From Octopus sinensis (Eukaryota): a stretch of 64,000 bases of DNA. The position numbers and the translations under genes were made by a program. Each line of letters starts with the position of its first letter. Within the stretch, counting starts at the first letter, position 1. The stretch spans positions 4,774,001-4,838,000 of the forward strand of contig NC_043022.1 in assembly GCF_006345805.1 (NCBI RefSeq). Direction: 5' to 3'. The notes under the pieces were generated by a model, which searched no databases, was not told the origin of the DNA, and worked only from the letters and a program-made list of their open reading frames with translations. This document shows positions 36,148 to 49,380 of the stretch, piece by piece.

Positions 36148-36482
36148 TAAGTGTGTATAATATATATATATATTACACTTGAAGCATATGTATTACTTCA
36201 TAATTTATCCTTTTATATGTATACCTGTATATATGTATCTGTGTTCACACTTACATATAATGCATACATACACATACAAATATGAATGTTTGCAGTAAAG
36301 TAACTATAAATATAAATTATATTGCATTCCTCATATCTCTTTACTGTTGCTGCTAAAGTTCATCTGTCTATCTATGTATTTATCAATCTATTTCTATCTA
36401 TCTCTTAATCTTTCTAACCATTATCTATCTATCTGTTCATCTCTCTCTCTATATATATATACATACATACATATATATATAT

Positions 36483-36533
<51 letters not shown>

Positions 36534-37294
36534 CATATACACACACACATACATATATATATATAGATGTGTCTGTCTGTTTGTCTATCTGTCTGTCTGT
36601 CTCTCTCTCTCTGTCTATCTATCTTTATCTATGCTTCTTAGTCTATCTCTACCCATATCTATCCATCTCTGTTTTTCTCCCCTCTCCTCCTCCCCTCACA
36701 CCCTTCCTACCCAAAATATCAGCATCCACATTGCTGTATCGACCATCATCAACTCACCAGAAATATCTAAATACAAAGAAATCCAAAACTCATGTCGTAT
36801 ATCACTTGCCACACACATTACCGATAGAGTTTCATGTGATATTTTATTAGCGCCATAACACAGAGGAAAATAACCATAAATCAACTGGCACCGAGCAGAA
36901 ATATCCATCAAGTCAACAACTCTCAGAGATTCCAAGAATGAGTTTCCTTGCAGACTTACTTTTAGAATCTATTAAAGGATTCGGAATTGCATTGAATCGA
37001 AATTCATCAGAATGTTTTAATGGGTGTAAATATTGATTTCATATTTTGATACAGGTCCAGCAATCTTAGGGGAAGGGTGGTTAGATGATTGCATCAGCCC
37101 CCAGTGTTTAACTGGTATTTATTTCATCAACCCCGAAAGAATGAAAGGCGAATTGGCGTCAGAGGAATTTGAACTTGTGGAATGTCAAGACAGATGAAAT
37201 GTTGCGAAGCATTTCGCCCAGAGCGCTAACGATTCTGCCAGCTCACCACCTAAATAGTAATAATAATAATAATGATAATAATAATGGTAATATC

Positions 37295-37590
37295 ATAGCC
37301 ATGTGTTGAGAGGAATTCTTTGGGGTGTGGATAATTCACCTTTGGAAGCATCCTTAAACAACCCTTGTTCAGGGACATCTTGAGCGGGATGAGCTACTCA
37401 ACCTGAAGAAAATTCTAACTGGGCCCCCACCCGCAAGGTCATGTGCTGTTTATCTTGATATGAGATCACCATGTCACACACATATGGTTGTGATGCATGT
37501 GCCTGATGTACCCTTATCAGACGGGTATACTGGGCTTCGTATATTTTACCCCAGTGTCACTTTGATGGCATGCACTGCTCTCTCACATAA
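37295..37590 (+). mobile_element. Interspersed repeat family E (SINE-like, (TAA)n tail)
   Basis: Similar copy at 38860-39190 and a partial at 39355-39490. Ends GCACTGCTCTCTCAC(TC)AATAAT. Confidence 0.7.
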
Positions 37591-37596
37591 TAATAA

Positions 37597-37877
37597 TGTG
37601 GTGTCGGTGGAGAGGACGACAGATGAGGGGAGGGCGGAAGTAGGGCTTGCAGGGTGCATGCACAGCAGGACGCGGAAGCGGTGAGGGACGATGCACGTGT
37701 GGCATCGACGAAGCGGGCAGTTGCAGCTGAGATGACGAAGGCACAAGACGTATCGAGCTGGCTGAGAGAGATCTGAACTTCGCTGAGTTTTCGGTAGACT
37801 AATCTTCGCCGAGGTAAGGCCTAATTACATTTCCATTCTCCTTTTTTCTGTTGTCCTCTTTCATCGTTCACACCACA
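37597..37877. mobile_element. Solo LTR, 281 bp
   Basis: TG...CA ends with a 7-bp terminal inverted repeat TGTGGTG/CACCACA and a 5-bp TSD AATAA. CpG-rich. Confidence 0.75.
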
Positions 37878-37920
<43 letters not shown>

Positions 37921-37959
37921 TAATAATAATAATGATGATAATAATGATAATAATAATGA

Positions 37960-38845
37960 GAATGAGAACTTGAAGGAAAAGACAAGATCAACACTTGGAG
38001 ATGGCTTAGAAAAAATGATCTGAAAGGATGCACTGAGGCATTTATATGCAGCATCTAGGAACAAGCTCTGAGAACTAATTACATCAAGTTCCAAATAGAA
38101 AGAGTAGCAAATCACCCTTTTGTAGGATGTGTGGCAGTAGAAATGAAACAATCTCACATATTGTGAGTGAGTGTAAGAAGTTGGCCCAAAAGCACTATAA
38201 AAGGAGACACGGTAACATGGCTAAGTTCGTCCACTGGAGACTATGTGAAAAGTAAAGTCTGAACAGAGCACAAAGATGGTATGAACACAAACCAGAAGGA
38301 ATCACCAAGAACAGGGAGCTTAAGATACTGTGGGATTTTACAATCCAGTGTGACTCCCTAATTGGGGCTCGGAGACCAGATATTGCTGCAGTAGGTAAAG
38401 GATAAAAGGAAACCAAGATCATAGATATTGCAATACCTGAAGATGCAGGCATAAGTGAGAAAGAACAAGAAAAGATTGGAAAGCACAGACTACCAAACGA
38501 TGAAATTGCAAGAATGCGGACAATGAGGAGAATGTCTGTCATTCCAGTAGTTGTAGGGGGCAGTGGGAGCACTAACAACCAATTTCAAGAAATATGGTAA
38601 AGAAATCGGAATTGACATGAGAGCAGAGTAAACCCCAAAAACAGCTCTGTTGGGGACAGCTAGGATCTTGAGATTGGTATTTGGATGTTGAATGCCTCCC
38701 ATGATAATTAACAACCAAAAATCAGAGCTTATAATGTGGGGAAAGTGACCCTTTAAGACCTCTGACAGTAGGCTGCTGTCCACTCTCATAGAATCTGCCA
38801 AAACAAACAAGACAAGACCGAATGTTCTGAGAAATAAAACAATAA
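37960..38845 (+). mobile_element. R4/Dong-clade LINE 3' fragment (CCHC knuckle plus restriction-like endonuclease)
   Basis: WRWLRKNDLKGCTEAFI...EQALRTNY...CRMC...ETISHIVSEC...RRH...ILWDF.IQCD...RRPDI...IIDIAIP. Contains stops. (TAA)n on both sides. Confidence 0.9.
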
Positions 38846-38859
38846 TAATAATGATAGGA

Positions 38860-39190
38860 GCATCATAGTCATGTGTTGAGAGGGATTCTTTGGGGTTTGA
38901 ATAATTCACCTCTGGAAACATGGGTGTTTCGTTCAACATCATTAAACAACCCTTATTCAGGGACCTTTTGAGCGGGATGGGTTACTCAACCTGAAGAAAA
39001 TTCTAACTGGGCCCCACCTGCAAGGTCATGTGCTGTTTATCTTGATATGAGATCACCATGTCACGCACATATGGTTGTGATGCATGTGCCTAGTGTACCC
39101 TTATCAGACGGGTAGTCATGATGGGTATATTGGGCTTCGTATATTTTACCCCAGTGTCACTTTGATGGCATGCACTGCTCTCTCACTCAA
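38860..39190 (+). mobile_element. Interspersed repeat family E
   Basis: Similar to 37295-37590. Confidence 0.7.
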
Positions 39191-39195
39191 TAATC

Positions 39196-39226
<31 letters not shown>

Positions 39227-39659
39227 TTTCAAATTTTGCCACGAGGGCAGCAATTTTGGAGGGAAGGGATGAGTCAATTACATTGACCCCAGTTTTCAAC
39301 TGGTACTTATTTTATCAACCTCGAACGGATGAAAGGTAAGGTCAACCTTAACCAGCTGAGCATGTCCCTTGGTGGCTGACAAGATTTGCATCACCGATCA
39401 TGAGTGAAAGTAGTGGGGGAACATCATGGTCATGTGTTGAGAGGAATTCTTTGGGGTTTGAATAGTTCAGCTCTGGAAACATGGGTGTGGTTCAGCAAAA
39501 AGAACTCATAGAAGAAGTACCTGGCTCAGAAAATAAATCCTAGGGTGAATTTCTTTGACCAAAATTCTTCAAGGCAGTGCCCCAGGGTGGCCGTAGTCTA
39601 ACGACGGAAAAAAGTGAAAGCTGAAAGATAAACAATAAAGATGTGTTGGTGTTTGTGTG

Positions 39660-39998
39660 TAGGGGAGAGGATTAGTCGATTACATTGACCCCAGTGTTTC
39701 ACTGGTACTTAATTTATTGATCTTGAAAGGACGAAAGGCAAATTTGAACTTGGCAGAATTTGAACTCAGAACATAGTGGCAGATGAAATACCTATTTCTT
39801 TACTACTCACAAGGGGCTAAACACAGAAGGGCCAAACAAGGACAGACAAACGGATTAAATCGATTATATCGACCCCAGTGCGTAACTGGTACTTATTTAA
39901 TCGACCCTGAAAGGATGAAGGGCAAAGTCGACCTCGGCGGAATTTGAACTTAGAACGTAGCGGCAGATGAAATACCGCTAAGCATTTCACCAGCTCAC
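39660..39998 (-). mobile_element. SINE family B, dimeric form
   Basis: Reverse complement of family B with the same dimer junction. Confidence 0.82.
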
Positions 39999-40073
39999 TG
40001 TCTTTTTGTTGATGATGATGATGGTGGTGGTGATGGTGATGATGATGATGATGGTGAGGATGATGATGATGAT

Positions 40074-40108
<35 letters not shown>

Positions 40109-40109
40109 T

Positions 40110-40615
40110 AGGCACATGCTAGAAAAGGTGGCAGAAAATGAGAAAGCAACCATTCTCTGGAATATGCCAATATACACAGATAGAGAAATCAAGGGCTAAT
40201 CGGCCAGATATAGTTGTCAGAGATCACCAAGAAAAAAAATGCTTTCTAATCGATGTATCAATACCAACAGATGACAATGTTTCTCTAAAAGAAATGGAGA
40301 AACTTTCGAAATACACAGATCCGGAAATAGAGGTAACTTGAATGTGGAACCTAAAAACAGAAACAATTCCTATCATAGTAGTTGCATTATGTATGATAAA
40401 AATATATTCGGGCAAATGCATAACAAAAACACCAGGACTTACAAACACATATAACATACAGAAAGTAGCACTACTAGGCACCGCACACATCCTACATAAA
40501 ACACTTTCAATACAGTAAAAGTAAGAGCATCACAACAAACCACAGCCCATACCCCAAGGCACACAGAGGTGCGCTCGGTAGTGAAGTGAAAGCGTGTGAT
40601 AAGAATAGGACTAAT
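40110..40615 (+). mobile_element. Second R4/Dong-clade LINE 3' fragment
   Basis: ENEKATILWNMPI.TD...ANRPDIVVRD...CFLIDVSIP.D.NV..KE.EKLSKY...QKVALLGTAHIL, followed by a (TAA)n field. Confidence 0.85.
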
Positions 40616-40817
40616 GAATAATGATAATAAGAATAATAATAATATAATAATAATAACAATAATAATAATAAGAAGAAGAAGAATGATGATAATAATAATA
40701 AGAAGAAGAAGAATGATGATAATAATAATAATGATGATGATGATGATGATGATAATAATAATAATGATAATAATAATGATAATAATAATAAGAAGAATGA
40801 TGATAATAATAATAATG

Positions 40818-40854
<37 letters not shown>

Positions 40855-41529
40855 CAACAACCACAACATTAAATAACAAACCTTGAAATTGTTTAAGAAA
40901 GCAATAATGTTTATTTAAAGTTATTAATGTCATTAGGTGAAGTGTTATTAGTGTCAGAGGTCACCAATAATGTTGTTAACGAAGAAACGAATGTTGTTCA
41001 TTATTATAGAAACCTAATCTATTTTTGTAGTGGAGCTTATTGTTCCAATAATGTTTGTCAAACAGACTGATAATGTTGGTTGCTGCAAAATGGACCAAGA
41101 ATCTGTCAGATGGAAAAACAACTCTCTTTACTTCTTCCTCTCTCTCTCTCTCTGTCTCTCTTTCTCCTCCCTCTCTCTTTCTCTCTTTCTCCTCCCTCTC
41201 TCTCGCTGGTCTTAGCTTATTTTTTGCTGTTTTTTTTTCTCTCCCTTTTCCAGCAAATATTTTTTGTTCCTCACAGGATAGAAATACCATCATCATCACC
41301 ACCACCACCACCACCACCTTTGTCGTCCCCTCCTCCTCATCATCACCACCACCACCACCACCTTCGTCGTCCCCTCCTCCTCATCATCATCAAAACAAAA
41401 ATTCTTGCACTCAGTGAAAAGGAGAGGAAGATAGAGAGAAAGAGAGAAGAGAGAGAGGTAGAAAGACAAATGGACAGAAAAGGAAGAGAAGTGGAAAGAT
41501 GGAGAAGGAAGTAAAGAGAGATACATTGT

Positions 41530-41562
<33 letters not shown>

Positions 41563-41642
41563 AGAGAGAATGATATATAACTGGAGTGTGTGTCAGAGGA
41601 GAGGATATTAAAAGAACATTCTGGAGAAAAGGGAGACAATTT

Positions 41643-42041
41643 ATCATCAGCATCATCATCATCATCATCATCATCACCATCACCATCATCATCATCACCA
41701 TCATCATCACCATCATCACCACCACCATCATCATCACCATCTTCATCATCATCACCATCATCATCATCACCATCATCATCACCATCATCACCACCACCAC
41801 CATCACCATCACCATCACCATCTTCATCACCATCATCATCATCATCATCATCATCACCATCACCATCACCATCATCACCACCACCACCATCACCATCACC
41901 ATCACCATCTTCATCACCATCATCATCACCATCATCATCATCACCATCATCATCACCATCATCACCACCACCACCACCACCATCACCATCACCATCACCA
42001 TCTTCATCACCATCATCATCATCATCATCATCATCATCACC
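41643..42041. repeat. (CAT/CAC)n compound microsatellite
   Basis: Seen directly in the sequence. Confidence 0.95.
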
Positions 42042-42477
42042 AGTTTCGCCCTATCTTATTTCTCTTTCTATATTACACCACAAACAATATCTCAGTAAAA
42101 GAAGGAAAAAAAAAAAAAAAACAGAACTAACAGCAAAAAAAAACAAAACAAAAAAAACCCAGATGTAAATAAATAAATAAATAATGAAAACAAAAGCGAA
42201 GAACAAAGACAAATAAATCGATTTAGCTATTTTCTTTCTTTCTTTTTTTTTTCATTCCCCATTTCTTATAGGTTTTTTTTCTTCTTTTTTTCTTTTAATT
42301 TCTCCCTCGTTTATTAATCTTTTAGTGTCTCCTTCTTCTTGACTCCTTCTTCTTTCATTCACTTCCCCAGTTCATATAATCTTTATGAAAATTTCCTGAA
42401 CCTTTTTTTTTTCGTGTTTTTTATTTTTTTTTTTCTATTCTTGTGTTATGTATTTTGTCTGTCCTGCCATCTTGCAT

Positions 42478-42525
<48 letters not shown>

Positions 42526-42748
42526 TACATGCACACATACATATATGTATATCCATACAAATATCCATACATATATGTACACACATCTATATATGTATAT
42601 AAAAAATATATATATGTGTGTGTGTGTATATATACATATATATATATACATATATATATACATACATTATATATATATATACATATATATATACATATAT
42701 ATATATAATACATATACATACATACATACATACATATACATACATACA

Positions 42749-42820
<72 letters not shown>

Positions 42821-43665
42821 CATATATTTATGAATGCATATATGTATCTACATACATATGTATTAATATTTGTATGCATATATATGTATGTATTTATCTA
42901 TCCCTATCAATATCTAAATCTATACCTATATACTATATATATGTTTCTTTTTTTTTTTTTTTTCATTTCTCTGACATAAAAGATACTTTCAAACCATATT
43001 CTCTTGGTCTTTGGCACTGGCTTCTGGTTATTTTTGGAGCTTCTAATGTATAATGTACATCTTCATCTCTTTGAGTTCACCTACCCATTTACACACACAA
43101 ACACACTCACATCCAAATACACACACACACACACCAACACACTGATGGAATCACTCAGAACCAATATTCTCTCTCTCTCTCTCTCTCCTTCTCTGTTCTT
43201 CAGCTGTTCTATTGTTACCATTAGTTACCATTATGGCCGTTATTGTAGTACATTGGCGGTAGAACAGTAAATTATTGGTGTAAAAGGAATATTTACACGC
43301 TGTATTATAGTAATGGGAAATAGATCTAAGCTATAAAAGTCAGTTAAGCACCAAAAGGCCTCTCAGAATTGTACTTAGCTTCTGTTCCATGGCGTTAAGT
43401 AGACAAAGAATAATCTGCCTCCAAGACATGGTGGCTGTCTTTGGCAGATAACATTTCTAGATGATTTCCTACCGATTTCTACCATCTCATTTGGAATAAG
43501 GATATTGGAATAAAGTACAAGGTCAATAACAGAATATTGGTCCCTTATTTGGGATGACATCTCTGCTGCACTCAGCGACACCCTGGGTCAGCGGCTCTCA
43601 GTTGTGGCCCCCAGGGCCACATGCAGCCTTCCCTCTATAAATATAATGCAGTGCTATAAATATAA

Positions 43666-44079
43666 GGCGGCGAACTGGCAGAACCGTTAGCACGCCGGGC
43701 GAAATGTGTAGCCGTATTTCGTCTGCCGTTACGTTCTGAGTTCAAATTCCGCCGAGGTCGACTTTGTCTTTCATCCTTTCGGGGTCGATAAATTAAGTAC
43801 CAGTTACACACAGGGGTCGATGTAATCGACTTAATCCGTTTGTCTGTCCTTGTTTGCCCCCTCTGTGTTTAGCCCCTTGTGGGTAGCAAAGAAATAGGTA
43901 TTTCGACTGCCGTTACGTTCTGAGTTCAAATTCCGCCGAGGTCGACTTTGCCTTTCATCCTTTCGGGGTCGATAAATTAAGTACCAGTTACGCACTGGGG
44001 TCGATGTAATCGACTTAATCCGTTTGTCTGTCCTTGTTTGTCCCCTCTGTGTTTAGCCCCTTATGAGTAGTAAAGAAAT
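43666..44079 (+). mobile_element. SINE family B dimer, probably nested in a hAT-like element starting at ~43589
   Basis: Family B match. CAGCGGCTCTCAGTTGTGGCCCCCAGGGCCACATGCAGCC upstream resembles a hAT terminus. Confidence 0.85.
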
Positions 44080-44804
44080 ATATAATGCAGTTCTTTTTTT
44101 AACTGGTTTGAGTTTTGTTTTTTTTCTTTAGTGCAGCCCCCTAAATAAAAGGTATTTAAACTAGCTTCCATTTTAGAAGAAAAGAACATTTTATAGAACG
44201 GTCAGTGTGCATAGACTTTCGAGTTCTCTACAAGATCATAACAGGAATGGTATCAAGGTGTAGAGAGAAAACCCAAAATGAAATGTCTGAGCTACATGAG
44301 GGTCTCTTGCGGTTCTGGAATATGGCCACTCTTTTAATTCCTGCTAGCAAAATGTTTGGCCATTCTTTGATTCTTCACTTTTGTTTTTCTTTTGCTTGCG
44401 TCTTCTTGTATGGAAGCTATATTGTCATTTGCATTTTACCGTTTGTTTCAGTAATTTGACCGTGGCCATGCTAGGGCACCGCATTGAAGAATTTTTAGTC
44501 AAATGAATTGACGCCAATTCATTTTTCTTTTTTTAAAAGCCTGGTACTTATTCAATCAGTCTTTTTTGCCAACTGCTAAGTTATGGAGACATAAACAAAC
44601 CAACAAAGGTTACCAAGTGGTAGTAGAGGGGATAAACACAGACATAAGGACACACACACGTGCACCCCCCACCGCATTTTTATTAATATTTAGCAGAATC
44701 AACAGAGTGGCTTGTGGGCCAAGAATTTCGTGTGTTGGCACCAACAGACAAAACTGTCATCCCTTGAGTCCTTCTGTTACTTCTGCTAAATATTAATTTT
44801 AAAA

Positions 44805-44943
44805 GAATTGCTTCCCAACCACATGGTTCCGGGTTCAGTCCCACTGTGTGGCACCTTGGGCAAGTGTCTTCTAATATAGTTTAGGGCCAACCAAAGCCTT
44901 GTGAGTGGATTTGGTCAACAGAAACTGAAAGAAGCCCATTGTT

Positions 44944-44995
<52 letters not shown>

Positions 44996-45212
44996 ATATG
45001 TGTGTGCGCTTGTCCCCCCATCCACCCACCCACCCACCATTATTTGACAACCAATGTTGGTGTGTTTACGTCCCTGTAACTTAGCGGTTTGGCAAATGAA
45101 ACCAATAGAATGAGTACTAGGCTTACAAAGAATAAGTCCTGGGGTTGATTTGCTTGACTAAAGGTGGTGCTCCAGCATGGCCACAGTCAACTGATTGAAA
45201 CAAGTAAAAGAG
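44805..45212 (+). mobile_element. SINE family A; further fragments at 44445-44650, 45282-45392 and 45700-45890
   Basis: Matches the family A consensus. Confidence 0.82.
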
Positions 45213-45891
45213 CATATTCATATTTTGAATTCTATTTTGCCTGTTTGCATCAACATACTTATATAAATATATATATATCTATGACGGGCTTCTTTCAGTT
45301 TTCATCTACCAAATCCACTAAGGCTATACAGAAAACACTTGTCCAAGGTGTCACACAGTGGGACTGAACCTGGAACCTCTTACCCCACAGCCAAATAGTT
45401 TTTTTTTGCCTGTGTCTATCATGACTTTCCCAATTTCACACGCTTAAATTCATTAAATAAACAACTTGATTAATTAACGAAGCTAAAAGCGTTGACTAAT
45501 TATTAGTGTTCCTCCAAAGCGGCTGAAAATTCTTCAGCCCCCAAAAGTTGCTCAGCCAAACTCAAGTAAGAACTGTAATAAGGCATTGCTCATAGATCCA
45601 GGACCGGTTGGAGACGTTTTGGCACAGCTGTTTTGGCACAGCCCATTTGGTGTCACTGTTTGGGCGCCGACTTATTGGACAACAAACATTGGTTGGCACA
45701 GGTGTGGCTGTGGCAAGAAACTTGCTTCTCAACCACATGGTTCTGGGTTCAGTCCCACTGCGTGGCACCTTGGATAAGTGTCTTCTGCTATGAGACATCT
45801 TGAGCAAGTGTCTTCTCACAAGGCTTTATTCCTGGGCCAACCAAATCTTTGTGAGTGGATTTGGTGTATGGAAACTGAAAGAAGCCCATTC

Positions 45892-46000
45892 TAGATATAG
45901 ACAGACAGACATGTAGATTGTTAGGTAGCTAGTTAGGTACATAGCTAGGTAGACAGAAAGATAGCAAGGTAGATAGCTAGCTAACAAGATAGATAGATAG

Positions 46001-46059
<59 letters not shown>

Positions 46060-46298
46060 AAGACAGACAGACAAATAGACAGATAGATGATACAGACAGA
46101 CAAACAGAGAGACAGACAGACGGACAGAGAAACGGAGGACAGACAGACAGACAGATAGATAGACTGACAAATAGCTAGCTAGCTAGCAAGATAAATAGAT
46201 ACACTGCTAGCTAGATAGACAGACAGACAGATAGATAGATAGATAGATAGACAAATAGATAGACAGATAGATAGATAGACAGATAGATAGACAGATAC

Positions 46299-46331
<33 letters not shown>

Positions 46332-46420
46332 TAGATAGACAGATAGACAGACAGAGAGATAGACAGATAGATAGACAGATAGCTTGATAGATTGTGGATA
46401 GCTCTGATAGATAGACAGAT
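45892..46420. repeat. (GATA/GACA)n microsatellite
   Basis: Seen directly in the sequence. Confidence 0.95.
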
Positions 46421-47069
46421 ATTTATTTCCTTATTTATTTCTCCAGTGAAACCCTGTCGACCTTATCTGTAGCTGATTAACTTAAATGTGCATGTAAACT
46501 GCTGTCCGTGAGATTTAATTGTGTACCAGCTTGGCCTGGCATTGTGTTTATGGCAGAACTGGCAGCCAGCAGCGTTCAAAGTGAAAACCACTTTTAAAAC
46601 GAGACTTGACACTGATGACAGCAATTCGATAATCGCCGCTGCGTATATGTTGTATATTATATATGCATATATATATATATATACACACACACCCCACTGG
46701 CAATGGTGATGTTGATGATGTATACAAGAGGACATATTTCATAATTTATGACCGCTGTACAAATGTGTGACATTTAAATCTTGGCGCTTCTGGCTGTGGC
46801 GGTGGCGGTGGTGGGGGAAGTAGTGGTGGTCTTGGTGGTCGAGATGAACAGAACCTCCTACATGAAACTGGTGTGTGTGTGCGTGTATATGTATGTATGC
46901 ATATGTATATATACATAAATTTATGTATGTATGTGTGTGTGTGTATATATATATATATGCATGTATACATACATATATATATCATATGTGCATGCATGTA
47001 TATTATATATATACATATATATATATATATGCATGTATATATATATAAATATATATATATATAGATATA

Positions 47070-47101
<32 letters not shown>

Positions 47102-47155
47102 CCTGTAGATATATCATATGTGCATTTATGTATATTATATATATATACATATATA

Positions 47156-47400
47156 TCATCATCATTTAAAATTCGCTTTCCATGCTAGCATGGGTTGGAC
47201 GGTTCAACTGGGGTCTGGGAAGCCAGAAGGCTGCACCAGGCCCAGTCTGATCTGGCAATGTTTCTACGGCTGGATGCCCTTCCTAACGCCAACCACTCCA
47301 TGAGTGTAGTGAGTGCTTTTTACGTGCCACCTGCACAGGTGCCAGACGAGGCTGGCAAACGGCCACGATCGGATGGTGCTTTTCATGTGCCACCGGCACA
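47156..47400 (-). mobile_element. SINE family C
   Basis: Family C match. An oppositely oriented copy lies at 47846-48085. Confidence 0.82.
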
Positions 47401-47409
47401 TATATATAT

Positions 47410-47840
47410 ATACGCTATTTCACCATGCATTACCCCTCTCTCGATATCCTACGTTCTACTTGCCTAGAACCTGTCCTCTGAACCACCCCTCCCACTGGTG
47501 CTCCCCTATATTTCTGCACCCCCCCACCACCATTATAGGTGTCTACTCTTTGAACCCCCCTCTTCAATACGCTATTTCACCATGCATTACCCCTCTCTCG
47601 ATATCCTACGTTCTACTTGCCTAGAACCTGTCCTCTGAACCACCCCTCCCACTGGTGCTCCCCTATATTTCTGCACCCCCCCACCACCATTATAGGTGTC
47701 TACTCTTTGAACCCCCCTCTTCAATACGCTATTTCACCATGCATTACCCTTCTCTCGATATCCTACGTTCTACTTGCCTAGTACCTGTCCTCTGAACCAC
47801 CCCTCCCGCTGGTGCTCCCCTATATTTCTGCACCCCCCCC
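47410..47840. repeat. 157-bp tandem repeat, ~2.7 near-identical units
   Basis: TACGCTATTTCACC starts at 47411, 47568 and 47725. Confidence 0.92.
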
Positions 47841-47845
47841 ATAAA

Positions 47846-48085
47846 AAAAAAAGCACCATCCGAACGTGGCCGATGCCAGACCCCTCTGGCACCTGTGTAG
47901 GTGGCACGTAAAAAACACCCACTACTCTCGCGGAGTGGTTGGCGTTAGGAAGGGCATCCAGCTGTAGAAACACTGCCAGACTAGACTGGAGCCTGGGGCA
48001 GTCCCGAGCTCCCCAGACCCCGGTCGAAACCGTCCAACCCGTGCTAGCGCGGAAAACGGACGTTAAACGATGATGATGATGATGA
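47846..48085 (+). mobile_element. SINE family C
   Basis: Family C match with (TGA)n tail. Confidence 0.82.
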
Positions 48086-48775
48086 TACACATATTCTATA
48101 ATAAAAATTAGACATAGGTGATCGTTGTATTCTATCTTCTCTTGAGGTTCACAGCCAAATGGCTGTGTGGATTCACTTAAAAAATGACACACATGTGGAG
48201 ATGGGTGCATAGATTGGAATGCGGTTTGTATTTTTTTCCTAGCCCCCATAGTTACCGAGAAAAATTGATTAAAACTTTTCTAATGGAATTCCCCTGTTTG
48301 TTCTGCCATTAAAACAACCAGTTGCTCAAACAGCCGGCATATACCATTTCGCTAGCAACAAGGGAGTCAGCCAAAACTTTTGCTATGCTGTCTCTCTTCT
48401 TTCACCTCTTTGTGGAGTTAATAATCTTAATCTTTACATACAGTTTCTCACTCAAACTACATAATAGGCAGAATTGCTCGATTAAGATAGTAGGGTGTTT
48501 TGAGGGAGATTTGGCTGATATTACTACCAGGTCTAGCTACCATGTAGAGGTCTGAACTTAATTTTCATTCACATATTTGCAATTCAAAAATTTAACATCA
48601 TCTTTTCCATAAATTAACTATCGTCTATTTCTCTTTCTCACCCTCTTTCTCTCTTACATACACGCACGCAAGCACACATGCATGCACATGCACGCATGCA
48701 TACATACACACATCCATTTCACATATATCTTCTTTCAATTTCTGCTTCCTGATTAGCAGAAATTGAAGTTAGTCC

Positions 48776-49232
48776 CATCCATGGAACTTGCCAGGAAGTC
48801 TCCAAATCCTCGGAAATTTCCAGGAAATACTCGGAAATTTCCAGGAAGTCCATTCCTCGGAGCTTTCCAGGAAGTCCCCAAATCCTGGGAACTTTCCAAT
48901 AAATCTGCGGAACATTCCAGGAAATCCTCCGAATTTTCCAGGAAATCCCATATTTGGAACTCTCCAAGAAGTTCCCACATCCTCGGAACTTTCTAGGAAA
49001 CACTCAGAACTATCCAGGAAGTCCCCAAATCCTCGGAATTTTCCAGGAAACCTTCGGAACTGTCCAGGAAGTACCACCAACGGTACTTTGCAGGAAGTCC
49101 CAAATCATCGGAACTTCCCAGGAAACACCTGGAATTTTCCAAGACGTCCCATCCTCGGAATTTTCCAGGAAGTCCCAACCCTCGGAACTTTCCATTAAAT
49201 CCCAAATACTTGGAACTTTCCAGGAAGTTTCC
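48776..49232. repeat. Minisatellite of ~20-29-bp units with core GGAA(A/C/T)TTTCCAGGAA
   Basis: Roughly 18-19 diverged units seen directly. Confidence 0.9.
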
Positions 49233-49265
49233 CTTTTGTAGTGTTTCCATACAAGCACACACACA

Positions 49266-49380
49266 CAAGGCAGGCTGGATGCCTTATCTCTGCTAAGTAT
49301 AGAAGCAGATGTGTTACACAAGATTAATCGTGAGGATCTGATCAAAGACTTAGCAATTAAAAAAAAGGAGAAAATTTTAA
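49266..49380 (+). pseudogene. hAT transposase C-terminal dimerisation-domain fragment
   Basis: QGRLDALSLLSIEADVLHKINREDLIKDLAIKKRRKF* matches the RLxxLxLLSIExD...FAxxKxR pattern. Too short for the ORF track. Confidence 0.7.

Noticed and set aside
41411-42979. Ser/Pro-, Ile/Thr- and YI-repeat ORFs
   Set aside because: Microsatellite read-through of (CAT/CAC)n and (TA)n.
43330-43345. TATAAAAG box
   Set aside because: Expected by chance in AT-rich DNA, with no downstream gene evidence.
46612-46640. CTGATGA heptamer (also CTGAAGA at ~2665, 33849 and 37403)
   Set aside because: No stem II followed by GAAA and NUH, so these are not hammerheads.
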